Below, piece by piece: positions 60,811-64,000 of a stretch of DNA of 64,000 nucleotides (positions are counted from its first letter, which is position 1; every line of letters starts with the position of its first letter). Where the stretch lies: positions 383,356-447,355 of the forward strand of contig CAVZFW010000001.1 of the NCBI GenBank assembly GCA_963774705.1, read 5' to 3'. The position numbers and the translations under genes are program-made. Under the pieces are notes generated by a model that had not been told where the DNA came from, searched no databases, and saw nothing but the letters and a program-made list of their open reading frames with translations. This stretch comes from an uncultured delta proteobacterium. Its GTDB lineage: Bacteria; Desulfobacterota; Binatia; Binatales; Binataceae.

Positions 60811-62088
60811 TCAGACGTTCATGGATTCGAGGAATTCCTCGTTGGTCTTGGTGCCCTGCATCTTGTCGAGCAGGAATTCCATCGACTCGACCGCGTTGAG
60901 CTGCGACAGCAGCTTGCGCAGAATCCAGACGCGGTTAAGGGTGCTGCGCGGCAGCAACAACTCTTCTTTGCGGGTGGACGAGCGCTGGATATCGATAGTC
61001 GGGAAGATGCGCTTTTCGAGCAAGCGGCGATCGAGCGCAATTTGCTGATTGCCGGTGCCCTTGAACTCCTCGAAGATGACTTCGTCCATCCGGCTGCCGG
61101 TATCGACCAGCGCGGTCGCGATAATCGTGAGGCTGCCGCCGTCCTCGGTATTGCGCGCGGCGCCGAAGAACTTCTTGGGCTTGTGCAGGGCGTTGGAATC
61201 GACACCGCCGGAAAGAATCTTGCCCGACGGCGGCACCACGGTGTTGTAGGCGCGCGCGAGCCGGGTGATCGAATCCAGCAGGATGACGACGTCGCGGCCG
61301 TGCTCGACCAGGCGGCGCGCCTTCTCGATGACCATCTCGGCGACCTGCACGTGACGCGTGGCAGGCTCGTCGAAGGTCGAACTGACCACCTCACCCTGGA
61401 CCGAGCGCAGCATGTCGGTGACTTCCTCGGGACGCTCGTCGACGAGCAGGACGATGAGGATGACTTCGGGATGATTGCGCGCGATCGCTTTGGCGATGGC
61501 CTGCATCATCATCGTTTTGCCGGTAAACGGCGCCGCGACGATCAGTCCGCGCTGGCCTTTGCCGATGGGCGCGATCAAATCGATGATGCGGGTGGTGTAG
61601 TCTTCGTGATCGTATTCGAGCTTGATGCGCTCTTCGGGATAGAGCGGCGTCAGGTTGTCGAAGAGAATCTTGTCGCGGGCCTTTTCGGGCTCCTCGTAAT
61701 TGATCGATTCGACCTTGAGCAGCGCGAAATAACGCTCGCCTTCCTTGGGCGGGCGAATCAGGCCCGAGACGATATCGCCGGTGCGCAGATTGAACTTACG
61801 AATCTGGCTCGGCGAGATATAGATGTCGTCGGGGCCGGGCAGATAGTTGTAGTCGGGAGCGCGCAGGAAGCCGAAGCCGTCGGGCAGGATTTCGAGGACG
61901 CCCTCGCCGAGGATCGAACCGTTGCGCGCGGCCTGCGCCTGCAGGACGGCAAAGATCATCTCCTGCTTGCGCATGTTGGTGGCGCCTTCGATATTGTAAT
62001 CGCGCGCGACCTGGGCGAGCTCGGTGATCTTGGCGCCCTTCAGGGCCTTGAGGTTCAGGCCGCCGGTATCGCTGATGACCGGGACCAC
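60811..62088 (-). CDS. rho: transcription termination factor Rho (a longer N-terminus is possible, see findings)
   Basis: 425-aa ORF. …[40 protein letters not shown]…, the OB/RNP motifs GFGFLR, Walker A APFTGKT and …[21 protein letters not shown]…. GTG start at 62088. Confidence 0.95.
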   Translation of the reverse strand: MVPVISDTGGLNLKALKGAKITELAQVARDYNIEGATNMRKQEMIFAVLQAQAARNGSILGEGVLEILPDGFGFLRAPDYNYLPGPDDIYISPSQIRKFNLRTGDIVSGLIRPPKEGERYFALLKVESINYEEPEKARDKILFDNLTPLYPEERIKLEYDHEDYTTRIIDLIAPIGKGQRGLIVAAPFTGKTMMMQAIAKAIARNHPEVILIVLLVDERPEEVTDMLRSVQGEVVSSTFDEPATRHVQVAEMVIEKARRLVEHGRDVVILLDSITRLARAYNTVVPPSGKILSGGVDSNALHKPKKFFGAARNTEDGGSLTIIATALVDTGSRMDEVIFEEFKGTGNQQIALDRRLLEKRIFPTIDIQRSSTRKEELLLPRSTLNRVWILRKLLSQLNAVESMEFLLDKMQGTKTNEEFLESMNV

Positions 62089-62677
62089 GGCATGGCGATT
62101 CGGGCACGTAGAGCGACGGCTGCTGGATCACGCGATCGTCGGCGCCGTTGCTGCCGTTATCGGTGATTGGGGCCGCGGATTCTGGCTCGCGCGCCGGCTG
62201 ATGCGAAGTATGGCGCGACCGGACAATCGCGGCCGGGGCCGGCGCGCCGTCGTCGCCGCGTTCCTGGCCGCCACGTTCCTGAGCGTCGTGTCTGGATGCT
62301 CCTCGACCCTTCATATTACTTCCCCGCAACCTGTTCTCCCCCTTTGCAATCTTTCATGTGAATTTATTTTGAACCTAGGAAATATTTGAATATGGGAACG
62401 GCAGCGGGACAACGTTTGCACCGCCTGCAAAGCGTTATCAACGGCCAGTCGTTATGCGGTACCCGCCTCCAGGTTACCCTGCGTTAATGGCCGATCGGGG
62501 TACGAAAGAGGACGCCTGGGCGATTTCAACGGCGACGGCGTCTCAAGACAGGTCCGAAACTCATTGTGCTTCGGCGCACTGGGTGCGGGAGCTACGATCC
62601 AAAGTAACCAAGCCTCTCTCGTGTGTCAATCATCCGTGTATGGATGTCGATTCGCAGTGGTTGGACGTACGCTTCTG

Positions 62678-63687
62678 TCAATCGTCGTGAGCCCATCGGT
62701 CGATCGCAGAAGTGGAAGTGTCGAAGGCGCGGGCGGCGAGGTAGGCCATGATGTCGAGCGGCAACGGCGCGATGAATTCGAGGCGCTCACCGCTGCGGGG
62801 ATGAGTCAGCGTCAGCGCCAGCGCGTGCAGGGCCTGGCGATCGAATTGGGGGCCAATCGGGCGATCGGCGCCGCTAGTTGCGTTGGCGGTGCCGCCGTAG
62901 AGCGGATCGCCAAGGCAGGGGTGTCCGATCGAGGCGAGATGCACGCGGATCTGATGAGTGCGGCCGGTCTCGGGACGCACCCGCACCAGCGTCGCCGGGG
63001 CCTCGCGATCGGCGAAGCGATGAATCACGGTGACGTGGCTGACGGCGTCGCGCGGATTTCGCGAGCGCACCGACATCCGCTTGCGTTCGGTCGGATGGCG
63101 GCCGAGCGGGCGCGCAATCGTGACGCGGTCGCGGCGCGACGATGCCGCGTACGATCGCCAGATAGATCTTGCGCACCGTGCGATCCTTAAACTGGCGCGA
63201 AAGCGCAGTGCGGGCGAACGGCGTGCGCGCGACGACCATCACACCGGAGGTCTCCTTGTCGAGCCGATGGACGATGCCGGGACGCATCACGCCGTCCGGC
63301 TCGGCCATCGCAGCGAGCTCCGGGAAGCGCGCGAGCAGCGCGTCGACCAGCGTCGAATGGGGATTGCCGGGGGCGGGATGCACGGTCATCCCGGCGGGCT
63401 TGTTGACGACGATCAGCTCGGCGTCGGCGAACATGACGTCGATGGCGGGCGCGGATTCCGGGGGCGGACAATGCGGGCGGCGCGGGCGCGGGAGTGATCG
63501 TGACGCGATCGCCCCGGCGCAGCGCGGCGGCGGCTCGTGCTGGCGCGCCGTTGAGAGTCACGCAGCCCGCCTTGATCATGCGGGCGGCTTGCGAGCGCGA
63601 GTATTCGGGGGTGAGCGCGGCGGCGACGAACTGATCGAGCCGCATCCGCTCATGCTCGGCCCGGCGATCAGGACTTGAGCGATCCAT
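62678..63687 (-). CDS. rluD: RluA/RluD-family pseudouridine synthase; two frame disruptions
   Basis: The S4 domain is in …[10 protein letters not shown]…[18 protein letters not shown]… (63187-63687). The catalytic part is …[15 protein letters not shown]…[17 protein letters not shown]… (62874-63434). The C-terminus is …[29 protein letters not shown] (62678-63076). Confidence 0.85.
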
Positions 63688-63777
63688 CCGTCAGAATCAC
63701 GCGCAAATCCGCGCGGTCGGCCAGATCATCATGCGACTCGGCGGGATTCACCGCGAGCAAGTGATTTCGCAGAGGCC

Positions 63778-64000
63778 GCTAAAATTTATAGGGCACCGGA
63801 TGCGCCGCTTCGTGCGCTTTGATCTTCTCGTCCTGCATCAGCGTCAGCGCGATATCGTCGAGCCCTTCGATCAGGCATCGCTTCGGAAACGGATCGATAT
63901 CGAAATGCGCCGACCAGCCGAACTCGTCGGAGACCTTCTGCGCGGGCAGATCGATCGTCAGATGATAGTCCTGGTGTTCCTTGATCGCGTCGAAGATCGC
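63778..64000 (-). CDS. leuD: 3-isopropylmalate dehydratase small subunit, C-terminal fragment; 5' end lies outside the window
   Basis: My translation is …AIFDAIKEHQDYHLTIDLPAQKVSDEFGWSAHFDIDPFRKRCLIEGLDDIALTLMQDEKIKAHEAAHPVPYKF*. Stop TAG at 63778-63780. Confidence 0.8.

Noticed and set aside
62330-62677. A structured ncRNA (6S, SRP-like) or the listed ORF 62454-62690 in the rluD-rho spacer.
   Set aside because: There is no match to conserved SRP, 6S or tmRNA motifs by eye. The ORF translation has no coding-like features. The region is most simply the rho promoter and long 5' leader.

Overview
High-GC (about 60-65% by eye) bacterial chromosomal window. It looks diderm (LolC/E, DsbD and RseP are present). 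No rRNA, tRNA, CRISPR array, transposase or integrase was recognised.

Gene content, left to right:
- 1-7.1 kb: a TetR-associated oxidative cluster with two LLM-class oxidoreductases, a SnoaL-like protein, a crotonase, TetR, two tandem P450s and an MFS transporter.
- 7.6-8.2 kb: a decayed RHH/ParE-type toxin-antitoxin pair.
- 8.7-14.2 kb: a propionyl-CoA carboxylase and methylmalonyl-CoA mutase block.
- 14.3-17.5 kb: pdaD, an unlisted SelW/Rdx-like selenoprotein gene with an in-frame UGA, a HemQ-like gene and cbiA.
- 17.7-23.5 kb: miscellaneous acyl-CoA and redox enzymes.
- 23.6-32.2 kb: gyrB, a small ORF, gyrA, dsbD and ribBA.
- 33.9-35.4 kb: selA.
- 35.9-37.5 kb: a multidomain zinc-ribbon/TonB-C-like/BON gene.
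- 38.6-43.5 kb: lolC/E, two CaiB/BaiF CoA-transferases and a type II pantothenate kinase-like gene.
- 43.9-64 kb: a long minus-strand housekeeping run of rarA, HU, truA, usg-like, leuB, leuA, pssA, psd, ilvC, ilvN, tsaB, rseP, cdsA, uppS, frr, pyrH, tsf, rpsB, rho, rluD and leuD.

The dominant global feature is a very high density of single-base frame disruptions, several dozen in 64 kb. They break essential genes (gyrA, gyrB, rpsB, tsf, pyrH, ilvC, leuA, leuB and others). Every site I inspected sits in a short homopolymer, so I treat most as sequence or assembly error rather than biology.

Most interesting observations:
- The hidden selenoprotein with a SECIS-like hairpin.
- A Leu/Ile-rich leader ORF plus intrinsic terminator in front of leuA.
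- An in-frame loss of the AAA+ core of RarA.
- A usg/Asd-like protein lacking the catalytic Cys.
- A CoaW-type pantothenate kinase in a diderm context.
- A possible Arg/Gly-rich N-terminal extension of Rho.

I found no clearly novel multi-gene system that I can defend from sequence alone.
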